Assembly: GCA_012295275.1 (NCBI GenBank)
Contig: CM022678.1
Location: 2,046,001-2,110,000 of the forward strand
Source of the DNA: Chrysomallon squamiferum
Lineage: Eukaryota > Animalia > Mollusca
DNA length: 64,000 bases
Reading direction: 5' to 3'
Both the position numbers and the translations under genes were made by a program. Position 1 is the stretch's first letter. Each line of letters opens with the position of its first letter. The notes beneath the pieces were generated by a model. That model was not told the DNA's origin, searched no databases, and saw only the letters and a program-made list of their open reading frames with translations. Of this stretch, positions 39,088-53,938 are shown piece after piece.

Positions 39088-40419
39088 CTCTGAAATCATA
39101 ATAATAATAATAATAATAATAATAATCATCTTCGTATTTAAATGGAGGGTTGCTAGGCGGGTCAGGGGCGTGTGCAACCGATGCACTGCCTGAGAGCCGA
39201 TCTGTTATCTGTCAGTATACAAAGTTCAAATCACTTCACAGTCAAAATCTATCTGCGTTTATTTATACTTTTTATCTGACGTAAAACAGAAACTGCCTGT
39301 CATTACACAAACAGCAAAGAAATAATTATTTCTTCTGAGATGTTGAAAACATTCTGTGACACTTAATCAAAACTCGAACATTTCCCTCAGCGAGAAGTCA
39401 TTTCTCTGTTGCTCGGATCACGACAAATTCACCCCCATAAAAACCACTAACGTACGTTTCTACAGCAATAACTCCCAAATGTTCTAATTATTTTCATAAA
39501 ACTTTAAACAGAAAAGAGTCTAATTATCGCTCAGAGGTTAAAGAAAATCTTCTGATGACAAACGAAATAAAGTAGAGACCGATGTTATGTCTTATCGTAG
39601 TAATATTGTGAAAAATTAAATAAAGTGCGTCTTCTCACAGTAATATTAACTTCTCTTAAAGAGATATTAAATTTCGACTTCGATTTCAGAACTGTAGGAA
39701 AATAAATTAATTTGGTTGCACGCACGCTATTCAAGTATAAAACGGTGCAGTAAAAACTGAATATTCATATCATTTTATGACTAAAATCAGTTTAGAAACG
39801 ATTAACGAGGAAGATGACGTAAGATAACAATTTCCTTGCTGTAATGACTGCTTGACGGTGGTACAAAGGTTAAATCAGAAATGATGTTTCTTCTTCTTCT
39901 TCTTCTTCTTTTTCTTCTTCGTCTTCTTTTTCTTCTTCTTCTTTTTCTTCTTCTTCTTCTTCTTCTTCTTCTTTCATCTTCTTCTTCTTCTTCTTTTTTC
40001 TTCTTCTTCTTTTTCTTCCTCTTCTTCTTCTTCTTCTTCATTTGTCAGTTTATGTTTGTGATTCTTTCATTGAATCGAGCAAGCTGATAATTCGAGTTAC
40101 AGAGAGTTACAAAGATATGCACACACATACACACGTGTCAGTATATCTGTATCAGTCTGTATATCTATCTATTTAATCTATCTATCTTTCTATACAAACA
40201 CAACAAACATATGTTTATGCATACAAACACATATATTCATACATACCCATACATACCCATATAGCTAGCTATCTACCTACACACAGAAACACTCATATAT
40301 AGATACACACACACACACATACTCAAAGTCGATACACACATATACACATATATAAACATACACACATAGATACACATGTACAGAGCATTTGGTATAAGCT
40401 CAGCATATGAAATAAATGT

Positions 40420-40532
40420 GATTAAACGTGACAAAATATTAGTACGAGTGACAACGTGTTTTTAAGCGTGACAAAATGTCAGCAAACGTTACAAAATATC
40501 AGTAAGCGTGACACAATGTCAGTAAGCGTGAA
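40420..40532. repeat. Degenerate minisatellite with a unit of about 20 bp
   Basis: AAGCGTGACAAAATGTCAGT-like units, about 5-6 copies. Confidence 0.7.
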
Positions 40533-41244
40533 AAATAAAAAAAAACCTAAAACGTTTTAACTCTCCGTCATCTCTTGATTTGTACTGAAAACGTCTCGGC
40601 ACTGGAGATAATATTTCACACCGTCACTTATATTCCGGGTAACAAATACTGTCAGCACCGGGAGTAAATTCCACCATGACGAAAGGAAGCACCACTTTAC
40701 ACTTTTTCACAAGCAATTAGAGAACGAAACCTGACGTTCGCTGGGGGACTTGTGATCGTACAAAAACGCTGTTATTAACATGAATATATGTTTGTCTGCG
40801 CGACAGAAAGAATCGAGGTTAATGTGCTTATTTTCCTCGACTCGGCTGCGAAAGGCCAGCCTTTGTCTGCTTGTCCGTTCGTACGTAATTTCATCATTTT
40901 AACGAGTTTTTTTTTTTTTTTTTTTTTGATGGCGTGTCAAGTTTAAATGTGTATCAGCACAGATATAGAGTTTCATAGATATTGTGAATTTTTAAAAATG
41001 GATTTAAAGTACATCTAAATCTACGTAGTACATAGTTATTATAATATTATAGGCTTATTAAAGTGTATAGATAGATACAAACACGGATACGCAACATAGA
41101 CGGCAATACACCTCTCTCTCTCACACGCACACGCACGCATACTTTATTTTTTTATTTCAAAAGGTACGTTCACTTCTGTAAACATTTTAATTCAAGATCA
41201 TTAAACGTTACGAGGTTTCTATACACTTCTAACTGGTGCGCCCT

Positions 41245-41352
41245 CTGGTTTATTTCTCGTTCCAACCGGATCCTCACGACAAGCATATTAGAGGCCTGTT
41301 TTTTGTGAGAGTCATACAATAACTGTAAGCCGCAGCGGGTTTCTTCTCTCGT
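41245..41352 (+). mobile_element. Possible degenerate SINE fragment
   Basis: ATTTCTCGTTCCAACCGG...CACGAC and GCAGCGGGTTTCTTCTCTC resemble, from memory only, the body of an abundant gastropod SINE. Cannot be verified here. Confidence 0.25.
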
Positions 41353-42543
41353 GTCGTTATTATACAGAAACTAGTTTGTTTGTGACGTAACGCGCTTTCA
41401 AATTAACATGCGTGTGTCGAGGTATTCTCACAGAACGTCCCTTAGTTTATTCTGTTTTTCTTTCATTCATTCGCTTCTTCCCTCATTCATTTATTTGTTC
41501 ATTCATTCAGTCACTGCGGCTTCTAAAATGTTTTTAGAAAACAGTTTATAAACAGAGTGTGAAATAACTTTTGTTACCAGTTGTAAAATTAAACACACCA
41601 CTTACGTTTTACTGTATGTGTTTAGAAATCACTGGAACTTAGTATAAATACATCTTTTATTTTGATTTCTATTTTTATTTTTATGTTTATATTTTGGTCG
41701 TAATTATTATTTTTAATTATTTATTAACGTGTTATTGTTGTTGTTGAGGATTTTATTTTTGTTGTTATTGTTTTGTTTTTTTTATTGATTATTATGCGGT
41801 TTCTCCTTTGCAGGTTAAAGCTGATATCTTAAGACAGAAAACCAGTCATTCCCTGTAGTATATAGATATACACACATTTGTGTGTGTGTTCTACTTTCTG
41901 CTGAAAACATGAATTGTGTTGCCGATGTTGAACAACTCGTTTCTGTAGTTTTCATAGTCGTATATTGCCGAAGGATGGAAAAAAAAAATGACGAGTTTTT
42001 AAAAAGAAATTTAAAAAAAAGTAAGAAAGAAAGAAAGAAAAAAGAGAAATAAAAATAATGAAAAATAATGAGAGAATAACGAGACAGTTAAACAAAATAA
42101 AACAAAAAACGTGAATAAAGCGCTGTTTTGTTTTGCGATCATTAGATTACCATCGCTTCATCTCAACACGGGTTTCTGCAGATATTTTAAATGCGCGCGA
42201 GTTTTGTAACCATACTTGTTTCTACCTGGTCTTACACGTTAACGCGAGTTAGAAAATCGTGTATTCAGTCCTTTGAAACGTTTAATCGATTTACGAAACG
42301 TTTTGTGGTTAATCTGCAGACAATCGCCTCAAGTGCCGACACGCGCCAAGATCCACTTGGTCGACGTATTACGTCATTTGTCAACTGTGTCGCGACTGAC
42401 GAGTTCTACATCATTGGTTTCAAAGATTTTAAAAATATTAATAATTTTTTTTTTTAATTCTCGTTGTTTTCGTTGTTGTGCGTGATTTCAGCTGATCTTA
42501 AGATATGATTATTTGTTTTATTTTGTTTTATATTAATCATTTT

Positions 42544-42594
<51 letters not shown>

Positions 42595-42982
42595 TAGTGG
42601 TGGCAGTCGTAGCTGTAGTTATTATTAATCTTTAAAATAAGTAATAATTGTTTAATTCTTATACATTTTAATATATTATCTGCTGATAAACTGGTTTTTC
42701 TTTCTTGTTTCAGGAACACTTAGTTCGGTCGATTTTAATTAACAGCAATATTTCTGTTTTTGTTTTATACGAACTGAACATACGAGTGGTTTGTTTATAG
42801 CGCGTTTTTTCCAGGAAGCGGAAAAAACCATGGTTTTTTAACGGTAATTACAGGTATTCAACGCTGTCCTTTGTTTCCGTTTTCGAACACAGAAAACAAA
42901 ACAAAAAAACAGAGAGCAGATGTACTTTGTTCGCTCGCTGAAATCGCTGTTATTCAGATAAAAGAAATATGATAAGACAACT

Positions 42983-43057
<75 letters not shown>

Positions 43058-43891
43058 AACAAACGAACCAACCGCTTAAGACGCTAACGCCATCAAGGAC
43101 AGACAACTCTGGATTCCGGACTAAATCCCGATAAAAGAAGTGTTTGACCAGCCAGTCAGTGTACGTGAACGTATTTCGAGCTGGTTCATTTGTCGTTTTC
43201 GCCTGTCAAGTTAACGAGGCGTAGAGGTGTTATCAACACCAGTTGTTACGTAAGTCGTTTCATTAAAGTGATACAATATTTACAACCGCTTTAAAACCGT
43301 CGTTTGCTGAAATTATTCACAGATCTACTTGTATACAACAATGGACGCGAAAGTGAGACCATTAATTGTAGCTAGTTTGGTTATACAGGTCGTAAAATAT
43401 GCATGAATGTTCAGCATGATTCATCAACTGATTCCGTAATTTAGTTACGCTGCACTGAAGTGCGGAACAGACTGGTATTAATGCATTGTTAGTGCGCGTA
43501 CGAGTAATGAGGGTTTATTAATTATAGATTTAGTCATTTGAGTTGGTAACTGACTTAATGCAAAATTTTCACTATCGTTCTGAACATAATTTAATAGCGA
43601 AATATGACATAAAAAAAATAAGAATGATAATAATAAACTGTTTAATAATCTATTTGTAAGTATTGTTATTTGATTATTAGTTATACTTTTGTTACTTTCA
43701 TTACGATTGCTACTACTACTACTACTACTATTTCTCAAACAGCACTACACTATTCAACATTACTCTGTATACTAATACTGATACTACTGTTACTCTGTTA
43801 CTACTAGTACTATAACAACTACTACTGCTACTATTACCTCTTCTCCTCCTTTTACTACTACTACTACTACTACTAATAATAATAATAATAA

Positions 43892-43922
<31 letters not shown>

Positions 43923-45323
43923 AAGAAGAAGAACATTATTAAACTTTGAAAATTTTGAAACAACCGCCTTACGTTTACTAACATGAAAATGTTGTCTTCT
44001 TTTTACGTCACAGCAAAATATTCACAAACCACTCAGTGGTAGGACCGATAATATTACACAGAGACAAATAAACAAACAAACAAATACATAAATAAATAAA
44101 TGAATTAAAGAAATAAAATATAGATAACGATGTTATATTGTTTCTCAACCATTTTTTTAATGTTATTATTAATTTTTTTATTCTGATTTGATTTTTTAAT
44201 GTTTATTATTTTATAGAATATGCGAATGTATGTCTGTCTCTGCGTGTGTATATTTGTTATTGTTCTGTCTGTAAACATTTTAATGTTTATTATTTTAAAT
44301 TTTTTATTATATGTATTATTTTAGAATGTTTAATGTTTAAGAGTGTTTATTGTTCTAGAACATTCATCGTTCTAGAACATTCATAGTTCTAGAATATTTA
44401 TTATTATTATTGATTTCTATTATTTTAGAATGCTTATTATTTTTTTATAATATTTATTATCATTAATGTTTAATATTTTAACATGGTTAATATTTTTATA
44501 TATATATTTCATGGTGATTAATCTCTTTATTTAATGTCACGAATGAAAATGGGTTATAAAATTTTACTTTTTAAAAAAAATTATTACTTTTTTCTGTATT
44601 CTTTCTTTCCGTTACTAACGTGTTGAAAACATTTTTAAATCTTTTAACTGAAACAGGATTTCTCTTAGATGTGAGACATTTAGAGCTCGTTTTCTAAATG
44701 TTTATTACAGTAACAATACGTTCTGCTCTTCTTGCATTAAATCTACTACTTTGTTAACTTTCAAACTCGTTCGTTTCTTCATAATAACAGTAAGAAAACA
44801 GACGTGAGTAAATCACTGGCAAAGCTGACGTAATCAGCTATCTACGAAATGACGTCACAAAGACAAGTAAATGACCGCCTTTGCATATTTCCATCAGCTC
44901 ATTGTTTCGTTCTTTATACTTTATTATTATTAAAGTATGTGGAATGAAATTTAAGAAAATTTAGCAGATATAGTTTAACAATTATCGTGAACAAAGTATG
45001 CTTTATTTTATTTGTTAACACTGTCACACAGACACTTTAATAAGATTTTGGAAGAATACATAATGTTTTTAATGTTCTCTGTTTATATTAGAATATGTAA
45101 GCAATACCAATATAATTGTCATTTACGTATAAACAGAATGGATTTAATTAATTTTAAATATCATATGACGTAAGTTTAAAACGCAACAAAAAAGAAACTT
45201 TGCAAAACATATTAAAATGAGGTTCATTTTACGTTATTTTCCTACGGCACAAATCTTTCGACAAGATGAAATTCTGATATATTTTTTTTTAACCTTTGAA
45301 ACATATCACAATTTCTCATATTC

Positions 45324-45433
<110 letters not shown>

Positions 45434-45711
45434 CGCTCGCAGATATGCTTATTTATGAGAATTTTCATTTCTTTCCTTAGTAACAAGTTGTTACAGTTTT
45501 GGATATTTCATCCCATCTAGTTTACTACGGGTTTTTATTGCACGGAAAGATTTTACGACTACGGATTTTTCACAAAATTCGTACAAAATTATTCCTCTGA
45601 AACGAACAAACACAAAACAATGTTCACAATCCTTAACTCATATCGCACCGATTCAGACACTTTTTCTGCCTCCGTACCGAACAGTATTTATTTATTTATT
45701 TATTTATTTAT

Positions 45712-45759
<48 letters not shown>

Positions 45760-46392
45760 CTAGGTAGTTAGTAAGTTATTTTTTATTTTTTTTATTTTTT
45801 TTTTAAGAAAATAAAGAAGAAAATAAATGAATAAAGAAGAACAAGATAATTCTAAGTGTTTTTTAATTCTTATATTTCAAGGGATTTAGATTTGAAACTT
45901 TTAAAACATTTTAACTCAGGTATAACACATCTCTCATTATTATCATTTACTTTTAGTAGTAGTAGTAGTAATAGTAATAGTAATAGTAGTAATAGTAGTA
46001 GTAGAAGTAGTAGTAGAAGTAGTAGTATCAGCAGGATTACATAATGTGTTCGTAACTGTAGGTTTGTGTGTGCGTTTGTGCGTCTGTCTCGTGATCGTTC
46101 TTAGATCTCTCGGGTCTGATGCAATAAATTATTTATTTATTTTTAACAGAAAAAATTACATAGGTTTTTTTTTTTACAAAAATAACTTGTCACACTTTAG
46201 TTTAAACCGAATAAAATATTAATTTTCAGAAAGCGGTAACTGTGAAATGCATTTACTGGTAAAATGATTTTTGACATATCATTTTATTTTTTAAGATGAT
46301 TCTCAAGCTAGCAAAATAGTTTATAGAAAACAGCAAAGATGAAATAAAAAATGTTATGTCACACATGATGAAAGTTGTAAGACTAGGAAAGG

Positions 46393-46493
<101 letters not shown>

Positions 46494-46552
46494 AAAAATA
46501 GAGAAAAAAAGACACAGAGAAAAAAGAATAATAAGAAAATTAACATTCTTAC

Positions 46553-46740
46553 CGTTCGTTTTCTGGTGTATCGCAAAACAAATTAGGAAAAATGTTCTAA
46601 ACGAAGTTTCTGCCAATCTCTGTTTTTTCTCCTGCCGACGGTTGTTTGCGGTTCAAGGCGGTTCTTGTTGATGTTCCACCGGGCCTGACTCTAAGCGCGC
46701 GCGTCACTTCATTTTTATATAGTACGACTAAGATGATTGG
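46553..46740 (-). promoter_or_regulatory. TATA-box promoter and putative non-coding first exon, candidate 5' end of the secreted-peptide gene
   Basis: Minus-strand TATAAAAA at 46712-46719, Inr-like TCAG about 30 nt downstream (near 46686), CCAAT at 46736-46740, TTACGTCA at 46823, and a strong donor G|GTAAGA at 46552. Linkage to the acceptor at 39090 is inference. Confidence 0.5.
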
Positions 46741-47843
46741 CTGATCAATTTTCATTCAGCCGGCAACGGTGGAACAGTGAAGCGACAGCGTTGGAAGAAA
46801 TTTTCAGCTCATGAATAATTAATTACGTCACACAATGAAGGCGTGTCTAACTGAGGACTTCATTTTTCTTCTTCTGCGTTACAGAATTTGCAGTGGATGA
46901 GATATTAATTAAATTTGCGTAGGCGATAAAATACGTTTTGTCATTGGTAATTTACTTTTTATTTAACATTTATTTTTTTTATTTATTTATTTATTTATTA
47001 TTTTATTAGTATTATTTAATACAAAATTATATTAAAATGTTTGAGTCAAAAGCGAGATATTTGATATTTTCAGATCACTGTGTGCAAGTGCATACGTACA
47101 GTGTTTAGATTATATCCTTATAGAGGCAGAGAAACACGAGAATAAAGAGAAACGCAAAACCACACAAACACAATAAATGTTAAACGTACTCATATCAACA
47201 CCCGTCTACGCAAACACGTGCACGTAAATACTTATTTAAGTCAATACACCATATAATATAATATAATATAATATAATATAATATAATATAATATAATATA
47301 ATATAATATAACAGAGGCAAATACTATAAAAAAATCCTATAAATAATATAATATAATATAAACATAAATAGAAATTTAAACAGAGGCAAATATTCAGAAA
47401 AAAGAGTGCTATAAATACATACTTGTGCACACAAACACAGATGTGACAATTTAAACTCGTATAAACATTACAGAAACAAAAATGCTGACACCTACAACAC
47501 ACAACATCATCATCGCAAGCCAACATCATCATCAATAATCACACCAATATCAACAACTACGACAACATGGATCATTATCAATAATTACTATACCAAAACC
47601 ACATCACCTACTACAACAGCAAAGGGACTGCAAAGTCTCTCCCCTGCCCCCACTCTGCTATCACAATCTACTGAACAGTAATTGTAGTACACAAAGTTTG
47701 TGAAAGACAAAATAAATGTGACAAATGCTCTTCTAAATCTGTTTTCTTTCTTTCTGTCTGCCTGCTCTGTCTCTCTGTGTCTGTCTCTTTCTTGTCTGTC
47801 TCTTTCTGTCTGTTTCTGTCTGTCTCTCTGTGTCTCTTTCTTT

Positions 47844-47884
<41 letters not shown>

Positions 47885-47886
47885 TT

Positions 47887-47917
<31 letters not shown>

Positions 47918-48248
47918 TTACAGTCGATTTCTCTGACTCTTTCTCTGTTGCTATATTTCTTTCTGTGTGGTCGTTTTCTCTGTGTGTATATTGGTATGTT
48001 TAACAGCTGTAGTAGTTGTTGTTGTTGTTGTTGGGTGGTTTTGGAACAGGAGAGAGGTAAGACAGTGCTGTGGTGAACAGATAACAGCTCAGGTCTACAC
48101 AAGAAGAAAAAGAACTTGATCAGGAAGAGGTTTTAGAAACAACAGCTAGAAACAGAAGAACAAGAATAACTAGAAAAAGAGGAACTCTGTCGAGTTTACT
48201 GATTCTTTTTAAAACAAGAAAACAAAAGATAATGATAAAAAGAAGAAA

Positions 48249-48318
<70 letters not shown>

Positions 48319-49048
48319 ATATACATCTGACGCCAACGTTGTTTGGTTCTTTTTTTTCCTAACACATTTCTCAGTCATACATAATTAGGCCAAAACTACT
48401 TATAAAAGAAATTCTGTGTTAAACTTTCTGCATATGGGTTTAATTCCATGTGGAACGTCCTTTCGCCAGTTTATCAAATTAAAATGATGGATAAAACGTC
48501 CAGGATATCGAAGGTCTTGCGTAATTGCCTCAGAGTTATCACCCCTTGAGTTGACGCTATTTTTCTCTACGTAAATTCCTCCTCATTTGCATACGTAACT
48601 GAATTGAACTGCGTAGAACGTAGATGAAAAGTAATGAATCAGAACATGTTGGAAGAGAGATTTCTATGCATATTTATACGTTTAGAAAGTTAGAGTAATA
48701 AAACACAGGACAATATTGCGTGATCATTGCATCTTTATGTTTCGGCAAACTATTAAAACTCGGTTTCTCGATAAATATTCGAATTTTGCTTCATCTTCTT
48801 TTTTTTTTTTTTTTTAAATCAATTTTTATTTATTTATTTATTTATTTGTTTGTTCATTTGTTTGTTCATTTGTTATGTTTGTTTTATTGTTTGTTTGTTT
48901 GTTTGTTTAATACGATTTTGAAGATATTTCTATCAAGAAAATAAAACAAGTTAGAAAGTAAGAATCACAGCGATGGCGGATTTAGATGGATTTAATGTTA
49001 TTAATTATACAAACGAAGACACTGTCACTTTAAACAATACAGAGATTA

Positions 49049-49144
<96 letters not shown>

Positions 49145-49202
49145 AATGAGATAGAGTGAACAGGAAAACTGTTCATGTGTTTGTATGTATGTACGTATGA
49201 GA

Positions 49203-49322
49203 CATATGGATGTGTGTCTGTGTATGTGTATACATATGTGGATGTGTATCTGTGTATGTGTATACATATGTGGATGTGTATCTGTGTATGTGTATACATA
49301 TGTGGATGTGTGTCTGTGTATG
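49203..49322. repeat. 32-bp minisatellite, about 4 copies
   Basis: ACATATGTGGATGTGTATCTGTGTATGTGTAT repeated. Confidence 0.75.
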
Positions 49323-49537
49323 TATGTTTCAGTTAATATTTTCTTTTGTCAATATAACGTGGGAGGTTATTTGAACACACGTGTGAAAGGTGTCTATCAT
49401 TTTTAACTTTGAAATGATCAATAATTCGCTGATGTTTTTATCTTCCGGTCTCACTTAAAAATAAAAATACTATACTGAAATTTTACTACACAGACACTTA
49501 TAGCTATATACACACAAACAGAAAAAGACAATACGGT

Positions 49538-49571
<34 letters not shown>

Positions 49572-50361
49572 AAAAAAAAGAGAAAAATAAAAAATGAAAA
49601 TAGAAATATCATCTTGTTGTTCATGCCGTCGTCAAGGCGTTGTTGTGGCTGTAAGCGCAGACAATGTCCCGAAAACAATAAGCGAAAACGAGGGCGTTAT
49701 TTGAGTTTTCGCAAGACAAAAATCGAGCAAAAGACATTAAATCGGGATGGAAACGTTTTCCACGAAAATGGATCGCATCCGGAAACAACAAAGGCTCGGA
49801 TCGATTAGCAGCTCTCTTTCTTTTCTCTCCGAACCCGCGTGTCCACGACGCGTTTCTAAACTGTCGTCTGCCCTGCGAGGTGAAAACGAAACAACGACGC
49901 CGTCGAGATAACAGCCCTTTTGTGTTTCTGCGTTTTGTTTTTAGCTCGTGCGCTGCAACAAAGGGAACCCAATGCTCGCCAGTTGTTTACAGTTTCTAAT
50001 AAAATTATTGCTTGTTCGTCTGTACCTAATCGATGTTAAAAACACTGAGCTAAAACAAACTGCGATCTCGTGACTCCGGTAAATGATACTTTGATGACAA
50101 AGGTATACCCAGTTTCGACGCTCCGCAATAAATAAAGATGGCCGCCACGTGTGACGTAGCTTGTCATACGTCAACAGAATTCTAATCTGTCGTAATCCGT
50201 AACAAAGTTATATCTCTGCGTTGTGTGCGCCATGTTATTCGTTTAATGTTCCAGAAATCGATAAAAGAAATAAATAAACAAATAAAAACAAAAATCTAAA
50301 AATAAGAATTAAAAAAATCTTTATCTGAGTTTGATGCAGTGTACTACTACGATTCCTGCTA

Positions 50362-50400
<39 letters not shown>

Positions 50401-50477
50401 ATAATAATAATAATAATAACAATAATAATAATAGTAATAATAACAATAATAATAATAACAATAATAATAAGAAGAAG

Positions 50478-50531
<54 letters not shown>

Positions 50532-50894
50532 AATAATAATAATAACAATAATAATAATAATAATAATAATAATGCTACTCTGCTACCACTACTGCTTGTA
50601 CTAATACTAATATTAATACTATTTATTTAGTTAATAGTCCCTCTGCGAATTCCACTACTACTACTACTACTATTACTACTACTATTACTACTTCTACTAC
50701 TATTACTACTACTACTACTATTACTACTACTTCTACTACTACTATTACTACTACTACTACTACTGCCACCACCATTACCACTACTTGTACTGCTACTGCT
50801 ACTACTACTACTACAGCCCCTGCAACTATTACTACCACTACCATTACCTACTGCTGCTACTATTACTACTGTTACTAACGCTATTTATTTATTA

Positions 50895-50926
<32 letters not shown>

Positions 50927-51485
50927 GGATATTTATTTCACATTATTTTCAATAAAAATAAATTAATAATAATAATAATAATAATAAAATTAAATAAAAT
51001 AAAATAAAATAAAATTAAATTAAATTATTATTATTTTTTTTTTTATTATTATTATTATTATTTTTAAATGTTCTAAAAATGGATTAAAATATATCTAAGA
51101 TAATGTACATTGCATTAGCAACACAGTGGAGGGGTACCGGAGGAACGGGGGTTGAACAGGATTAAACACGCACGTTCGTGAACTAAAAACATTTTACTTA
51201 ACAGCACATTTTCACTTTACACAAAACGGTTTATTTTTGGCGTTGATGTCTAAATTGTTTCTTCTAAGATTTCTTACCGTCTTATTGTTTTTCTTTCAGT
51301 ATTACTAAGATTTTCTTTTCTTTTCTTTACCCCACCCCCACCCTATCGATCTTCCTGGGTTTTTTAGGGGGGTGTTGGGATAGAGGTAGGGGTAATTGTT
51401 TTCATTGTTTGTTTGTTTTTTTTTTTTTTTTTTTTTTCCATTTTTATGTAAATACCAAGCTATAAAAATGGTTTTACGAACATCT

Positions 51486-51532
<47 letters not shown>

Positions 51533-53409
51533 TTTTTTTTTTTTATATTTGAAAAGATGAAAACTATTTGCATCGTTCTGTGGATTTTGACAATTAGCAG
51601 CTCGTGTCAAATATTAAAACAGTTTTCATTCGCGTATTTGTCATCAACACATACTTGTTGTGCATTCAATGACGGCATAAATTTGTTTCTGTATGTCTGT
51701 CTGTATGTATGTATGTATGTATGTATGTATGTATGTATGTCTGTCTGTATGTCTGTATGTCTGTATGTATGTGCGTATATAGGTTTGTAGGTAGGTAGTT
51801 TTGCATATGTGTTTATGTAGGTAAAACTTTTGCTGGTGTTTTTCCCAAATATATAATTTTTTGTATTTATTAATGAAGAAAGTACATGAAATATATTTGT
51901 TGCATAGACACGGGATGGTGAATAAAAATAATAATAAATATAAATAAATATATCAATAAATAGTTTCTCATAAAAAAAAGTCTTATTAATTCTTTTAATT
52001 TTTTAATTTTTTATTTGATTTATTTATTTATTTATTTTTTTTATTTATATATATTTTTTACTTTTCCGCTCTAAATAATTAAAATATGAAAAAAAAAAAT
52101 TACGACCACTGATAAAAATGACGAGTCTAGTCGAACAAGATAAAAGATAAATAATAAATAATTAAATTAAAAAATGAATAAGTTTTCCCCACCCCCTACT
52201 GTTTGGTAACCGGATATCCATGTTTTGTAACAAACACTATTCTAAAATCATGTCTTTCTTTGGCTGATTTATTTTTATTTTTGGTTGATTTTTTTTAATT
52301 CGTTCCTGAATGTCATTTTTTTTTATGTCGGTTTCGCTGTCTTTTTGTTTCTATTCAATATCTGGCTTTCTGAAGCGAGGCGCGCGCGCGCGGTACACTT
52401 AAATTATCGTTTGTTGTAATCGTCTGCTAATGGCGCTGTTATGAACTTTGGCGCGAAAATGGAGAAGATGGATATATAATGCATAAACTTTTTCTTTACA
52501 ACGTCGACAAAGCGTCAAATGACCAGTAACGTTGACACGTTGTCTGACACGGTTTTCATGTTTGCTGCTATTGAAACAAAAACACGAAATAAGAAACGAG
52601 CCATCGCTTCGTTTGCTTCATTTTGACTGCCTACTTCAGTTTGTTAAGACATAATACGTCAAGCGTACGTCACGGTACTAAAAATAATAAAGCTGATGCT
52701 GATAACGCTAATAATAACAATAATAATAATAAAGAAATAGAATTAATAACAATAGGATGAATACTGAAAATATTGCACTTATTATAGTACACTCTAAATA
52801 TATTTAATAGTAAAAAAATTTGAATCTCTCTCCACCTCTTTTTCTATCTCTCTCGTTATTTATCACTTTTGTTCTTTATCTGTCTATTTTTCTGTGTGTT
52901 TCTCTGTCTGCCTATATTTACTTTGCTCTTTCTTTCTTTCTTTTTCTCTCAGCGATACACACGTCATCATCAACGTCACAATTATCATCGTCCTCTCAGT
53001 TGTTATCTTTCTTATTTTCGACCATTCAGTAAAGAGCTGTGCTTCTGAATTTATTATAAATTTCCTTTTTAAATCGAGTTCATTTGTCCATGCGTTTCAT
53101 GTGTTATTATTACTACAATTACTGCTTCTACTACTAGTTCTGCTGTTCTGCTACTACTGTTACTTCTACTGCTACTGCAACAACAACAACTACTTTTATT
53201 ATTATTATTATTAGTGTTGTTGTTGTGGTTGTTTTAATTATTCTCTTTTGTTTGTAATTCTTAAATAATACAGAGTTGATTTAGCATGTTTAATGTGTAC
53301 ACGTGTGAAATATCACGACTATGCAAATACGAATGATTATATATTTATTCACGTGTAAAATGTGCATGTATAATTAGTGATATATTGTTACATGTAATGT
53401 GGGTGTCTG

Positions 53410-53529
<120 letters not shown>

Positions 53530-53891
53530 TATATATAAATAATAATGATGATGATGATGACGATGATAATGATTATAATCATCATGACGATAATGATAAT
53601 GATAATACATGAGACAGAGTAAAAAAATACAGAGTGGGGGAATTCTCCATCTTGATACGTTAGAGTAATGTTATTTTGATGTGTTAATGTCATACTGATG
53701 TGTTGACAAAAACTTACAGTTTTATGGACGAAAAAGTCGAGGGTGAAAGGACTAGATCCAATTAGATTTTGTCACGCTTGCCAGTGACGTATGACACTAC
53801 ATTATTATAATTGGCATCGTCTGTGACGTCACTACCACCCTGAAAAGCTTTGGTTACGTAGTCAATGCAAAAAAGAAGAAGAAAAAAAGAG

Positions 53892-53938
<47 letters not shown>

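Noticed and set aside
39552-39567. CTGATGA...GAAA hammerhead ribozyme core
   Set aside because: There is no stem II between the boxes and no convincing stems I or III.
53750-53760. GACTAGATCCA matches the 5' part of miR-279
   Set aside because: The match ends after 11 nt and there is no precursor hairpin.
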